From contig JBEKBN010000005.1 in the NCBI GenBank assembly GCA_050015375.1, positions 1,858 to 65,857 on the forward strand: 64,000 bases of DNA. Direction: 5' to 3'. This document shows, one piece after another, positions 1-9,810 of the stretch. Each line of letters opens with the position of its first letter. Within the stretch, counting starts at the first letter, position 1. Made by a program: the position numbers and the translations under genes. This DNA comes from Minisyncoccia bacterium (lineage in GTDB: Bacteria; Patescibacteriota; Minisyncoccia; 2-02-FULL-40-12; IGHO2-01-FULL-4-A). The notes under the pieces were generated by a model that saw only the letters and a program-made list of their open reading frames with translations, had not been told where the DNA came from and did no database searches.

Positions 1-305
1 TGCGCGATGAGGTCGGGAAGATAATTCTCCGGGAAAATATCGCGCCCGAAGGCGTTTTAATAACCGTTTTGAGGGCAGTAATTTCGGTCACGCTGGAACA
101 CGCCACGATTTACATTTCGGTTTTGCCCGAAGACAGATCAAAAGAGATGCTGAAAAAATTAAAATTCAAAATTTACGACATCCAGCAGCAACTGAATAAA
201 AAACTCAAGATCCGCACCGTGCCGAAGATCCGTTTCGAAATTGACACCGCCGAACTCCGGGCCCAACACATTGAAGAGCTTCTTCAAAAAGTCGGGGAGA
301 AGTGA
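1..305 (+). CDS. rbfA: ribosome-binding factor A (5'-truncated by window edge)
   Basis: Frame is open from the window start (RDEVGKIILRE...) and ends with the RbfA-type KLKIRTVPKIRFEID. Confidence 0.85.
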   Translation, partial: RDEVGKIILRENIAPEGVLITVLRAVISVTLEHATIYISVLPEDRSKEMLKKLKFKIYDIQQQLNKKLKIRTVPKIRFEIDTAELRAQHIEELLQKVGEK

Positions 306-328
306 TAGGATGGAAGCGAGATTAGGAC

Positions 329-400
329 GACGGCGTAGCCAAGTGGCAAGGCGGTTCTCTGCAAAAGAACTATACGGGAGTTCGATTCTCCCCGCCGTCT
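329..400 (+). tRNA. tRNA-Cys(GCA)
   Basis: Acceptor stem GACGGCG/CGCCGTC, anticodon arm GTTCT-CTGCAAA-AGAAC, T-loop GTTCGATTC. Confidence 0.93.
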
Positions 401-414
401 CAAAATAAATCATC

Positions 415-501
415 GCCCGGGTGGTGAAATTGGTTAGACACAAAGGACTTAAAATCCTTCGAGGGCAACACCTCATGTCGGTTCGACTCCGACCCCGGGC
501 A
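415..501 (+). tRNA. tRNA-Leu(TAA)
   Basis: Acceptor GCCCGGG/CCCGGGC, anticodon arm AAGGA-CTTAAAA-TCCTT, long variable arm, T-loop GTTCGACTC. Confidence 0.93.
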
Positions 502-502
502 C

Positions 503-650
503 ATTAGCAAAGCGCCTGCGCGCTTTGCGTGTCGGACGAGAACGCCGGAGTGATATTCGGCGAGCAAATGGCGAGCCGAATCACGAGGCGGTGGTCAGGC
601 CGAGTCGGCGGAAGTCGCCGAGAGCCGCGACCGACTCCGACCCCGGGCAC
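503..650 (+). repeat. structured element ending in a 19-bp duplicate of the tRNA-Leu 3' end
   Basis: CGACTCCGACCCCGGGCAC at 484-502 and 632-650, with nested hairpins between. Confidence 0.8.
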
Positions 651-1013
651 TTTTTGTTAATGTTTCTCCTTGCAATTATTTTTGAATTTGCGTATTATTA
701 AAGGTAGCTGTTTCATGCATGTTAATCAGATCGTCGGCCCGGTCCTCGCATGGCCCGTTTTGGGGACCGGAGAAAGAAAGGAGCTTGCGATGATCCAATA
801 TCGGATATATCCGGTTTTTGCGACAGCAAGGTCCGGTCCTTGACTTGATTCGTTGCTCCTTGATTTAGCAGTTTCACTTTTCCCGAGAGCGGTCGGACTC
901 CGTTCAGTCCGGCCGCCAGCCATCATATCCCCCAATCATCGGGGGATTTAATTTTATCAGATTTCTGGGTAATTTTGTCAAAGCCCGAAAAATAGGATAT
1001 GATTCAGTTGTTT

Positions 1014-1096
1014 GGAAGGGTCGGATAATGGCTATTCCACCGGTTTCGAAAACCGGCGTCCGCAAGGACTTGTGGGTTCGAGTCCCACCCCTTCCG
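1014..1096 (+). tRNA. tRNA-Ser(CGA)
   Basis: Acceptor GGAAGGG/CCCTTCC, anticodon arm CCGGT-TTCGAAA-ACCGG, variable arm, T-loop GTTCGAGTC. Confidence 0.92.
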
Positions 1097-1097
1097 C

Positions 1098-1285
1098 TAA
1101 TTGAATTGAAACAACCATTTGGCTGTTTCAATTCAATAGACGAGGGAGCGAGTCGCCTGCGCGACTCGCGTTGGGATGAGAAGGCCGAAGCGATATTTCG
1201 TCAGCTGACGAAATCGCGAGGCCGTGCCCAACCCGAGGAGCGCGACGGCGCGACGAGAGGTGCGGGCGAATCCCACCCCTTCCGC
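1098..1285 (+). repeat. structured element ending in a duplicate of the tRNA-Ser 3' end
   Basis: CGA(G/A)TCCCACCCCTTCCGC at 1079-1097 and 1267-1285; same hairpin architecture as 503-650. Confidence 0.8.
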
Positions 1286-1325
1286 CGGTGCATAAATTGC
1301 TCGTTAGGTGTGATATAATAAAAGG

Positions 1326-1718
1326 GTGGAAGAAAGAAAGAAAATTTTAATTGTTGATGATGACGCCGAGGTCAGGCAGATATTAGCCGACAAGCTAATT
1401 GCCGAAGGTTTTGATGTTATTCAGGCCGTAGACGGCGAAACTGGATTGCAGTCGGCGGACGCCGCGCGGCCGGATCTGATATTGCTTGATCTGATAATGC
1501 CGAAAATTGACGGTGTCGGCGTGATGACCAAATTGAGGGAAAACGAGTGGGGCAAAAACGAACCAATAATAATCATCACCAACATCGATCCTGACGAGAA
1601 CACGGTGCGGGCGATGGCCAAATGCAAACCGTATTATTTTTTTTCCAAAGGCATGTTCGATCTGGACGATCTGGTCAATAAAATAAAAGAAATATTGCCA
1701 CCGCTGATAATCCACTAA
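1326..1718 (+). CDS. single-domain response regulator (receiver)
   Basis: KILIVDDD, PDLILLDLIMPKIDG, IIITN. Confidence 0.9.
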   Translation: MEERKKILIVDDDAEVRQILADKLIAEGFDVIQAVDGETGLQSADAARPDLILLDLIMPKIDGVGVMTKLRENEWGKNEPIIIITNIDPDENTVRAMAKCKPYYFFSKGMFDLDDLVNKIKEILPPLIIH

Positions 1719-1731
1719 GATATTTTTATTA

Positions 1732-2514
1732 CTATCTGTTTCGGGCAAAGACAAATCCGATGACTTCTTTCGCGCCGGCCCCGACGGAGTCGGGGCCGGC
1801 GCTTTTTAATACTCGGGCGCAGTCATTCAATGTCGAACCGGTAGTCGAGACATCGTCAACCAAAATTATGGTTTTTCCGGAGAGGTCGGCGGCACCGGCC
1901 GCGAGCGCGGCCGGTGCCGCCGACCCAGCCGACGCCAATTCAAAAACCCCCTTCATATTATCCACCCGCGTCTGTCGGTCTTTGATCTCAGCTTGCGGCG
2001 GATTGTTGCGACCGCGAACTAAAAGTTCTTGATATGGCCAATTGAAATGTTTCCCGATTTCCCGCGCCGCCAATTCTGACTGATTATAACCCCGGTCATT
2101 AAGCCGGCGCCGGTGAAGCGGAACCGCTGTTATCACGATTGAACCCGGCTCAAGAGGTAAATTCGGAGAAACCTTTTTCTCGAAAAAATTAGCCATGAAT
2201 TTTCCGATGTCGCTACCCAACGACCGCAAATATCGGTATTTGACGGCTTTGATCATTTTTTCGACAAGTGGGTAATCGTAGTCGGAAGCGACAATGAGCC
2301 GATCCAAATAATTATCTTTTCGACAAAACGGGCATGTTTTTCCGAGAATCACCTGCGAGCTGCAAAAAGCGCAGATGAAATTTGTTTTGAAGGGAATTTG
2401 GGCATAGCAGGACGGGCAAACGTGGGATTCGTCGAGTTTGTTTATCAATTCCGAACAGCCAAGACAATATCTGGGAAAAATGAGATCGAGAAGAAAAGTC
2501 CGGGCGGTGTTCAT
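1732..2514 (-). CDS. comF: ComF family competence protein (double Zn ribbon + PRTase)
   Basis: FPRYCLGC, CPSC/CAFC/CPFC, RGYNQSE, ILVDDVSTTGSTL. Confidence 0.92.
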   Translation of the reverse strand: MNTARTFLLDLIFPRYCLGCSELINKLDESHVCPSCYAQIPFKTNFICAFCSSQVILGKTCPFCRKDNYLDRLIVASDYDYPLVEKMIKAVKYRYLRSLGSDIGKFMANFFEKKVSPNLPLEPGSIVITAVPLHRRRLNDRGYNQSELAAREIGKHFNWPYQELLVRGRNNPPQAEIKDRQTRVDNMKGVFELASAGSAAPAALAAGAADLSGKTIILVDDVSTTGSTLNDCARVLKSAGPDSVGAGAKEVIGFVFARNR

Positions 2515-2562
2515 GTTAATAACTTGCGCCTTTGATATGGTATAATTTATTTGTCTGAAATT

Positions 2563-3660
2563 ATGTTTAAATTTGCCTCAAAAAGCAAATTAGGTATTGA
2601 TATCGGCACCGCTTCGATCAAGATCGTCGAGCTTTCCAAATCGGCTGGCCGTTACAAACTGGAGAACTATGGTCTTTTTGAATTGGAATCCGTCGAAGCG
2701 TCGGTCGGCGGTTCGGATGAAATTGTGGAAGCTCACCCGCCGAAATTGTTGGAAGAAGACCTGGCTTGGGGGATAAAGGAAACAATGAAACGCTGCAAGA
2801 TCACGGCACGCGACGTCGTGGCTTCGATCCCGTCGTTCAACACTTTCTCCACCATTATAACCATGCCCTATCTCTCGGAGCAAGATATCGCCAAGACCAT
2901 TCCCTACGAAGCCCGCAAATATATTCCCATTCCTTTGAGCGAAGTCATCATGGACTGGACGATCATCAATGTCGCTCCGCCGAACCAAAACCAAATTTTG
3001 CCGAACAAACAGTCCGAAGCCAAATCGCCGATCGTCGAGGTTTTTATTGCCGCCGTACCCAAGGAAGAAACCGCCAGATACCAAAAGATCATGTCGAACG
3101 CCGGCGTAAACCTGCGGGCCCTGGAACTTGAGAACTCGGCGTTGATCAGAGCGCTGGTCGGAAACGATCTGAGTCCCATTGCCATCATCAATATCGGCGG
3201 CCGGAGCACATCCATTTTGATAGTTGACAACGGCTACGAAAGGATCAGCCACAATTATGAGGTTGGCGGCTTTGAGATCACAAAAGCCATTGCCCGCTCA
3301 CTGAACATCAGTTTGAAAAGAGCCGAAGAATTAAAACGGAGCATGGGTTTGAAGAACGCTAACACGGACATGATCACCAGCGCCATGTCGTCGCTGGTGG
3401 ATCTGATCGCTTTTGAGACCAGAAAAACCATTCACAATTATGAGGACCTGAAAAAAACCCAAATTGCCAAAGTCCTTTTGGTCGGGGGATTAGCGAACAT
3501 GCCGATGTTCATGGAATATTTCGCCGACAAACTGGGCATGGCGGTATCAGCCGGAAATCCTTTGGCCCGGATCATCTACCCACCTCCTCTTGACGCCATC
3601 AAGGACGAATTAAACTCAACATTCACTATTGCTTTGGGACTTGGCATGAGGGAGATCTGA
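2563..3660 (+). CDS. pilM: type IV pilus assembly protein PilM
   Basis: LGIDIGTASIKIVEL, actin-like fold motifs, ALGLGMR end; extended -10 TGGTATAAT upstream. Confidence 0.92.
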   Translation: MFKFASKSKLGIDIGTASIKIVELSKSAGRYKLENYGLFELESVEASVGGSDEIVEAHPPKLLEEDLAWGIKETMKRCKITARDVVASIPSFNTFSTIITMPYLSEQDIAKTIPYEARKYIPIPLSEVIMDWTIINVAPPNQNQILPNKQSEAKSPIVEVFIAAVPKEETARYQKIMSNAGVNLRALELENSALIRALVGNDLSPIAIINIGGRSTSILIVDNGYERISHNYEVGGFEITKAIARSLNISLKRAEELKRSMGLKNANTDMITSAMSSLVDLIAFETRKTIHNYEDLKKTQIAKVLLVGGLANMPMFMEYFADKLGMAVSAGNPLARIIYPPPLDAIKDELNSTFTIALGLGMREI

Positions 3661-3714
3661 ACGTAACGCCGGGTGTGCATAACAACCCAAGCTAAATAAG
3701 TTAAAATATAACTA

Positions 3715-4266
3715 GTGGCCGACGCAGGCGGGTTACAACTTCTTCCGGAAACCCGGAAGAAAATAGAATATCACGCACCGGGGCATAATCGGCTCTTGAT
3801 TTTTTCTGTTGTTTTCTTGGCATTTATTTTCGCCGTATACGGCGGGTTGGTCTATTATCAAAAATCTGTTCAGGGCCAGCTTGATACTATCAACAGCGCC
3901 TTGGTCAAGAACGAGCAAGCCCGGAGCAAGACCGACGAAGATATGCTTTTGAATCTGAAAGACAATCTGGCCGTCGCTTCGAATATGCTGACCCAGCACC
4001 TGCCGTGGTCGCAAGCCCTGACCCATATCCAAGCCCTGATCGTTCCCCAAGTTCAGTTCGAAAACCTGACGGTCAAGTTCGATCAGAAACAATATTCATT
4101 CAAAGCCCTGGCCGTCAGTTACGCGGCGGTGGCGAAACAGGTCGCCGCTTTTTATTCCGACGGCGCCATCACCAATATCGTGATGGGAAACATTACTGCC
4201 CAGCCAGACGGCACTGTTGAGTTTTCAGTCCAATTGGGGTTTGACCCGACCAAAGCAACCAAATGA
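3715..4266 (+). CDS. PilN-like protein
   Basis: N-terminal LLPE, TM helix, coiled coil; follows pilM. Confidence 0.7.
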   Translation: MADAGGLQLLPETRKKIEYHAPGHNRLLIFSVVFLAFIFAVYGGLVYYQKSVQGQLDTINSALVKNEQARSKTDEDMLLNLKDNLAVASNMLTQHLPWSQALTHIQALIVPQVQFENLTVKFDQKQYSFKALAVSYAAVAKQVAAFYSDGAITNIVMGNITAQPDGTVEFSVQLGFDPTKATK

Positions 4267-4293
4267 TAATTCCGGAAAATCATATTCAATGAA

Positions 4294-4413
4294 TCCCGTT
4301 AGAAGTAGCTAAAACTAAATACTATAAGCAATTTACGATTAATAATTATGGCTATTTCTAACGGATATCTAAATAAAGTACGGAAATGTAAACATTTCCT
4401 ACTTCTAACGGGA
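4294..4413. mobile_element. MITE-like palindromic element, family A (TIR NCCCGTTAGA), TSD TGAA
   Basis: TGAA-TCCCGTTAGAAGTAG ... CTACTTCTAACGGGA-TGAA; last A + TSD forms the pilO ATG. Confidence 0.75.
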
Positions 4414-4943
4414 TGAACAAAGATATCATCGCATCAATCATATTCGGAGCCAGTTGTTTCATCTTTTTTTGGTTGGCCGTTCCGGTCTATGACAATATTT
4501 TAGATATCAAATCGGCCACCGCCGATATGCAATCATTGCTGTCAGAAAGGACGACCTTGCGCCAAAATGTCTCCAACCTGATGCAACAATACGAATCCAG
4601 AAGCGCCGAGATCGCCAAACTGATGATGTTTTTGCCGAACCAAAGCCGTTTGGACCAAATAATCGAAACCCTTCAATCAACGGCGGGTTCGACCGGCATT
4701 CAGATGAAAGACATGAGTCTTGCGTCACAGCCCAGCACCAATAATAGTCCCTACGTGGTAACGAATATCAAGATCGAGGTTTCGGGAAATTACGATTTGA
4801 TGGTCAATTATATGAAACAACTTGAGCAAAGTTTACGGATCTATGATGTCACCGAGATCAGCATCGCCCGGAATCAGCAGGCTCCTCTGGCGGCTAACCT
4901 GTTCAATATCGAGATCAAAGCCAATACTTATAGTTTAAATTAA
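4413..4943 (+). CDS. pilO: type IV pilus assembly protein PilO
   Basis: TM + coiled coil, FLP, IEVSGNY...LEQSLRIYDV. Confidence 0.8.
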   Translation: MNKDIIASIIFGASCFIFFWLAVPVYDNILDIKSATADMQSLLSERTTLRQNVSNLMQQYESRSAEIAKLMMFLPNQSRLDQIIETLQSTAGSTGIQMKDMSLASQPSTNNSPYVVTNIKIEVSGNYDLMVNYMKQLEQSLRIYDVTEISIARNQQAPLAANLFNIEIKANTYSLN

Positions 4944-4944
4944 A

Positions 4945-5253
4945 ATGGACGGCACACCGGTAAAAAATAAAAAAGGGAATTCGAGTTTGTTCATTCAGAT
5001 CGCCATCATCTTTTTGGGCCTCGTCGGCGGCTATATTTATTATTCCCAGATCATCAAACCGGCGAAGACGGCCGTTACTTTGCCTGATATCCCCAGGTCC
5101 GACACCTTGAACAAGTTTCAGGATTTCAGTTCCTATAACTTTGGGATTTTGAACGACCCGACCTTCAAATCCCTCAAAATTCTCGGCAATATTCCGATCC
5201 AGCCCGGCGTTACCGGAAGAACCGATCTTTTCGCCCCGCTAATTAGCGAATAG
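4945..5253 (+). CDS. small membrane protein at the pilP position
   Basis: One TM helix, C-terminal GRTDLFAP; between pilO and pilB. Confidence 0.6.
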   Translation: MDGTPVKNKKGNSSLFIQIAIIFLGLVGGYIYYSQIIKPAKTAVTLPDIPRSDTLNKFQDFSSYNFGILNDPTFKSLKILGNIPIQPGVTGRTDLFAPLISE

Positions 5254-5336
5254 TGATCAGCCAATAGCGAATAGCAATTCGTGAATTGGAAATAGCAGCT
5301 AATAACTATCGGCTAATGACTGTCCGCTATTTGCTA
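5243..5336. repeat. degenerate heptamer (ATAGCGA-like) repeats in inverted arrangement
   Basis: TAGCGAATAG...AATAGCGAATAGC followed by complementary CTAATAACTATC...GCTATTTGCTA. Confidence 0.55.
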
Positions 5337-5340
5337 CCCC

Positions 5341-7140
5341 ATGGCTTTCAAAACCCCATCAATTTTAGTTGATGAACTCATCAAAAGCGGCCTTTTGACC
5401 GAAGAATCATCGGTTGCCCTTGAACAAGAAGCGGCCGACGGCAATAAGGATTTCGGCGAAGTTCTCATCGACCGCGGCGTCATCACAGACGAAGATCTTC
5501 TGAAGATCAAGTCGAGGATCTATCAATTGCCGATCATTGATATCGTCAATGTCGAGATCAACCGCGAACTTTCCAAAGAGATCTCCGACGAGGTCATCAA
5601 TTTTTACAAGATCATTCCTTTTGCCAAGAGCAACGGCGTTCTTAAGGTGGCCATGATCAACCCCGAAAACATCAACGCCCTTGAGGCCCTGAAATTTCTG
5701 GCGTCCGATCGTGGCCTGATCCCCGAGAAATACCTGATAACTTACAAGGACTTTGGCGCTTTGAGCCGGAGTTATCAAACGTTGGGTACCGAGGTCGGCA
5801 AAGAACTTGAAAATCTATCGGAAGAAAATACTCAAAAAAATCTACAGATCACCGACAAGACCGGCGGTCTGGAACAGATCACGGCTGAAGCGCCGGTCAC
5901 CCGGATCGTGGCCGTCATCGTCAAGCATGCCGTTGAAACGCGGGCTTCCGACATTCACCTCGAACCGTTCGAAGACAAGATCCGGCTGCGGTTCCGGGTT
6001 GACGGCTTACTCCATACAACCTTGACCCTGCCCATTAATTTGCAATCGGCCATCGTTACCCGCATAAAAATTCTTGCCGATATGAAGATTGACGAGACCC
6101 GTCTGGCTCAAGACGGCCGGTTCTCAACGAAGATCGGCGACAGGCGGATTGATTTCCGGGTTTCAACCTTTCCGACAAGAAATGGCGAGAAAGTCGTGAT
6201 GAGGATCTTGGACCCGTTGGTTGGCAATGTCGAGTTAACCGACCTGGGGCTTGAAGGCAGATCGCTGGAACTCGTCATCGAAAATATCGGCAAGCCGTTT
6301 GGCGCCGTTCTGATCACCGGTCCGACCGGTTCGGGCAAATCCACGACCTTAGCCGCCATTTTGAGAAAGATCAACGACGACGAGATCAATGTCGTTACCC
6401 TTGAAGACCCTATCGAATATTATGTCGAGGGTGTCAATCAATCCCAGATCCACGAAGAGATCGGTTACACTTTCGCCAGCGGTTTGCGCCACATTTTACG
6501 CCAAGACCCCGATGTCATCATGGTCGGCGAAATTCGCGACGGCGAGACGGCGCAATTAGCGGTCCAGGCCGCTTTGACCGGCCATGTCGTCCTGTCAACT
6601 TTGCATACCAACGACACCATCGGCGTCATCCCTCGGCTCATTGACATGGGCGTTGAGAAATATTTGATCGCGCCGACGATGAACTTAGCTTTGGCCCAGA
6701 GATTACCTCGTAAACTTTGCAACGCCTGCAAGGTGAAGGTCAAGGCCTTGGACTCCGAGGCCGAAATGATCAGGCGGGCGATCGCCGATATGCCGACCGA
6801 TGCCCGGAGGGATCTGCCCAAAAATGATTTTGAATTGTTCAAACCCAGCCCCAGCGGTTGCCGCGAATGCAACAACCGGGCTTACAAAGGCCGGATCGGG
6901 ATTTTTGAGACATTGGCCATGACCGATGAACTGGAAAATATCGTCTTGACCGATATTTCCGAAGCCAGGTTGAGAGAGGAAGCGAAACGACAGGGGATGA
7001 TTACCATGTTCCAAGATGGTATAATAAAAGTTCTGCGGGGCGTCACGTCGCTCGAGGAGCTTTTGACCGTGGCTCAAGAAGCGGCGGATGATGAGTTGGA
7101 TGCGCCGGTGAAAACACCAGCGGGAAATTCGAAGAAATGA
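5341..7140 (+). CDS. pilB: type IV pilus assembly ATPase PilB/GspE
   Basis: GPTGSGKST, TLEDPIEY, LRQDPDVIMVGEIRD, CxxC Zn sites. Confidence 0.95.
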   Translation: MAFKTPSILVDELIKSGLLTEESSVALEQEAADGNKDFGEVLIDRGVITDEDLLKIKSRIYQLPIIDIVNVEINRELSKEISDEVINFYKIIPFAKSNGVLKVAMINPENINALEALKFLASDRGLIPEKYLITYKDFGALSRSYQTLGTEVGKELENLSEENTQKNLQITDKTGGLEQITAEAPVTRIVAVIVKHAVETRASDIHLEPFEDKIRLRFRVDGLLHTTLTLPINLQSAIVTRIKILADMKIDETRLAQDGRFSTKIGDRRIDFRVSTFPTRNGEKVVMRILDPLVGNVELTDLGLEGRSLELVIENIGKPFGAVLITGPTGSGKSTTLAAILRKINDDEINVVTLEDPIEYYVEGVNQSQIHEEIGYTFASGLRHILRQDPDVIMVGEIRDGETAQLAVQAALTGHVVLSTLHTNDTIGVIPRLIDMGVEKYLIAPTMNLALAQRLPRKLCNACKVKVKALDSEAEMIRRAIADMPTDARRDLPKNDFELFKPSPSGCRECNNRAYKGRIGIFETLAMTDELENIVLTDISEARLREEAKRQGMITMFQDGIIKVLRGVTSLEELLTVAQEAADDELDAPVKTPAGNSKK

Positions 7141-7145
7141 GGATG

Positions 7146-7221
7146 GTTAGTAGTGAGTAGTGAGTAGTGAGTAGAAAATAAAACAGAAACTACCAACTAC
7201 TAACTACCAACTACAAACTAG
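7146..7221. repeat. heptamer tandem repeats forming an inverted repeat
   Basis: (GTAGTGA)n then (CTACCAA/CTACTAA)n, between pilB and pilT. Confidence 0.8.
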
Positions 7222-7225
7222 TTCC

Positions 7226-8302
7226 ATGGAGGACTATAAAAAAATTGTTGATGAACTTTTGGAGATCGCGGCCGAAAAAGGCGGTTCCGACCTTCACTTA
7301 TCCACCGGTTATTATCCGACCGTCCGTGTTGACGGCCGATTGATCCCGATGGATGACCATAGGGTTCTTGATAAGCGCCTCGTCGAAGGCATCGCTTTTT
7401 CGATCCTTGACGATGAGCACAAAGAAAGATTTCTCAAAGAAAGAGAGATCGATTTTGCTTATGAGTTGAATCAAAAGGTCAGATGCCGGGTGAATATTTA
7501 CACCGCCCGCGGAAATTATTCGGTGGTTTTCCGTTTTATTCCCGAGCGTATCATGACCATCGAGGAATTGAATCTGCCCGAGAGCATCAAGTTATTCACG
7601 AAAATTTCACAGGGCTTCGTGCTGGTTGTCGGCCCCAACGGCCACGGCAAATCCACGACTTTGGCCGCTATGATAGATCTGATAAACAAAGAAAGGGCCG
7701 AAAAGATCGTCACCATTGAAGACCCCATCGAATACATTTTCAGCCCCGAGCGAAGCATTATTGACCAGCGCGAAGTTTATTTTGACACTCATTCTTTCGA
7801 CAACGCCCTCCGTTCTACTTTCCGGGAAAATGTCAACGTCATCATGGTCGGCGAAATGCGCGACTTTGCGACCATGAGCGCGGCGGTGTCGGCGGCCGAA
7901 ACCGGCCATTTGGTTTTCGCTTCCATCCACACCAACAATGCCGCCCAAACCATTGAAAGGATCGTTGATTCGTTTCCGCCCGACCAGCAAGCCCAGATCA
8001 TCAGCCAGCTGGCCAATACCATTTCGGGCGTCATTTCCCAGCGTTTGATCCCTCGGCTGAAGGGAGGACTTATCCCGGCGGTGGAAGTCATGATCGCCAA
8101 TGCCGCCGTCCGCAATTTGATAAGAGAAAGAAAAACCCAGCAATTGAACATGGCCATTGATACCGGCGGCGATATCGGCATGATCTCGCTGAATAAATCA
8201 TTGGCCGACCTGGTCAGGCGGGGAGAGGTTGGCATCGAACAAGCGGAATTTTTCTCCCTGAATCCGGTCGAGCTGAGATCATTGCTTCGCGAACAAAATT
8301 GA
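7226..8302 (+). CDS. pilT: type IV pilus retraction ATPase PilT
   Basis: SDLHL, GPNGHGKSTT, AAETGHLVFASIHT, AVRNLIRE. Confidence 0.95.
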   Translation: MEDYKKIVDELLEIAAEKGGSDLHLSTGYYPTVRVDGRLIPMDDHRVLDKRLVEGIAFSILDDEHKERFLKEREIDFAYELNQKVRCRVNIYTARGNYSVVFRFIPERIMTIEELNLPESIKLFTKISQGFVLVVGPNGHGKSTTLAAMIDLINKERAEKIVTIEDPIEYIFSPERSIIDQREVYFDTHSFDNALRSTFRENVNVIMVGEMRDFATMSAAVSAAETGHLVFASIHTNNAAQTIERIVDSFPPDQQAQIISQLANTISGVISQRLIPRLKGGLIPAVEVMIANAAVRNLIRERKTQQLNMAIDTGGDIGMISLNKSLADLVRRGEVGIEQAEFFSLNPVELRSLLREQN

Positions 8303-8322
8303 TTTTCTAAAATAATTTTTCC

Positions 8323-9534
8323 GTGGAATTCGATTATCAAGCGAAAAATCAGGAAGGAACGTTGGTTGAAGGCAGAGTCGAGGCGCCATCGGAAGATCAG
8401 GCGGTCTCGATCCTTCACCGCAAAGGACTGATCATCCTTTCTTTGGGGTCTTCGGTCAAACCGCTTTTCTCGATGGACCTGATGGCAATATTTAATCGGC
8501 CGAACCGGAAGGACATTGTCATGTTCACCCGACAACTGGCAACCCTGGTGGATGCCGATGTGCCGGTGGTTGAGGGTCTCCACGCTTTGGCCGAGCAGAT
8601 AGAAAAACCGCCGTTCAAAAAGATCGTTTCGACCATTGCCAACTCGATCGAAGGAGGAGCGTCGCTGTCCTTGTCCTTGGCCGAACACGAGAAGATCTTC
8701 GGTTCGTTCTACATAAGTTTGATAAGATCGGGGGAAGTGTCGGGCAAACTCCATGCCACCCTTCTTTATCTCGCCGATTATCTGGAACAGAGCGCGGCCC
8801 TGAACTCGAAGATAAAAGGCGCCATGACTTACCCGATATTCGTGGTCTGCGCCATTGTTCTTGTCAGTATCATCATGATGACCACGGTCTTGCCGAACCT
8901 CTTGGTAATTCTCAAGGACTCAGGCGCCACCGATCTGCCGCTGACCACCAGAATTCTGATGGCCGCCACTGATTTTGTGAATAATTATCTTTGGTACCTT
9001 GTGGTCGGCCTTTTGGCTTTGGCCATCGGCATCACTTACTATGTTAGAAGCGTGACCGGTCGGGCTATGTGGGACAAATTCAAGCTCCGGATACCCCAGT
9101 TCGGCAAGATCATCAGGAATTTTTATATCGCCCGACTAGGCGAAGCGCTTTCCACCCTGATCAAATCCGGCGTGCCGATCCTCGACGGCTTGGGCATCAC
9201 CTCCGAGGTCGTCAACAATGATACTTATAAGGGCATAATTCTCGAAGCTCGGACCAATGTCCAAAACGGCGGCACCATCTCCGAGGTTTTCCAGAAATAC
9301 AAAGAATTTCCGCCTCTGGTCACTTCGATGTTGTCTATCGGCGAGAGAACCGGCCGGACCGATACCATGCTTGACAATGTCACCAAATTCTATAAATCGG
9401 AGACCGAGAACTCCGTCCAGAATCTCACCACCCTGATCGAACCGGTTTTGATCCTATTCCTGGGCCTGGCGGTGGGTATTTTGGTGGCGGCGATCTTATT
9501 GCCGATATACAACACGATAAGCACATCGGGCTAG
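8323..9534 (+). CDS. pilC: type IV pilus platform protein PilC/GspF
   Basis: FTRQLATLV, GEVSGKL, AMTYP, GERTG, LIEP. Confidence 0.95.
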   Translation: MEFDYQAKNQEGTLVEGRVEAPSEDQAVSILHRKGLIILSLGSSVKPLFSMDLMAIFNRPNRKDIVMFTRQLATLVDADVPVVEGLHALAEQIEKPPFKKIVSTIANSIEGGASLSLSLAEHEKIFGSFYISLIRSGEVSGKLHATLLYLADYLEQSAALNSKIKGAMTYPIFVVCAIVLVSIIMMTTVLPNLLVILKDSGATDLPLTTRILMAATDFVNNYLWYLVVGLLALAIGITYYVRSVTGRAMWDKFKLRIPQFGKIIRNFYIARLGEALSTLIKSGVPILDGLGITSEVVNNDTYKGIILEARTNVQNGGTISEVFQKYKEFPPLVTSMLSIGERTGRTDTMLDNVTKFYKSETENSVQNLTTLIEPVLILFLGLAVGILVAAILLPIYNTISTSG

Positions 9535-9676
9535 CCCCCACACCCAACAAGCATAAGTTCTGCATTCCACAAGTCCCAACAAACCAGTCCCATTTGCAAA
9601 CATAATGCTATGCGAACAATAATATGGACAGTTAAGCAGAACAGAATGACTTGCAAATGCTCATTGGGTGCGGGGG
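9535..9676. mobile_element. MITE-like element, family B long variant (TIR CCCCCACAC)
   Basis: CCCCCACACCCAA ... TTGGGTGCGGGGG directly after the pilC stop codon. Confidence 0.6.
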
Positions 9677-9810
9677 TGAAGCTGTTGATATCTTATTTTG
9701 TTGACGTGCACCAAAGATTGTATAATTAAGTTAGTTAATAAAGCGTAGCGATCGTTTGCGTTGAGCAAAAAGCTAAACGCCAATGTTATCCGCCTACCGC
9801 TGATTTCAAA

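Noticed and set aside
7607-8754. Long minus-strand ORFs (178 and 321 aa)
   Set aside because: Antisense to clear pilT/pilC genes and without recognisable motifs
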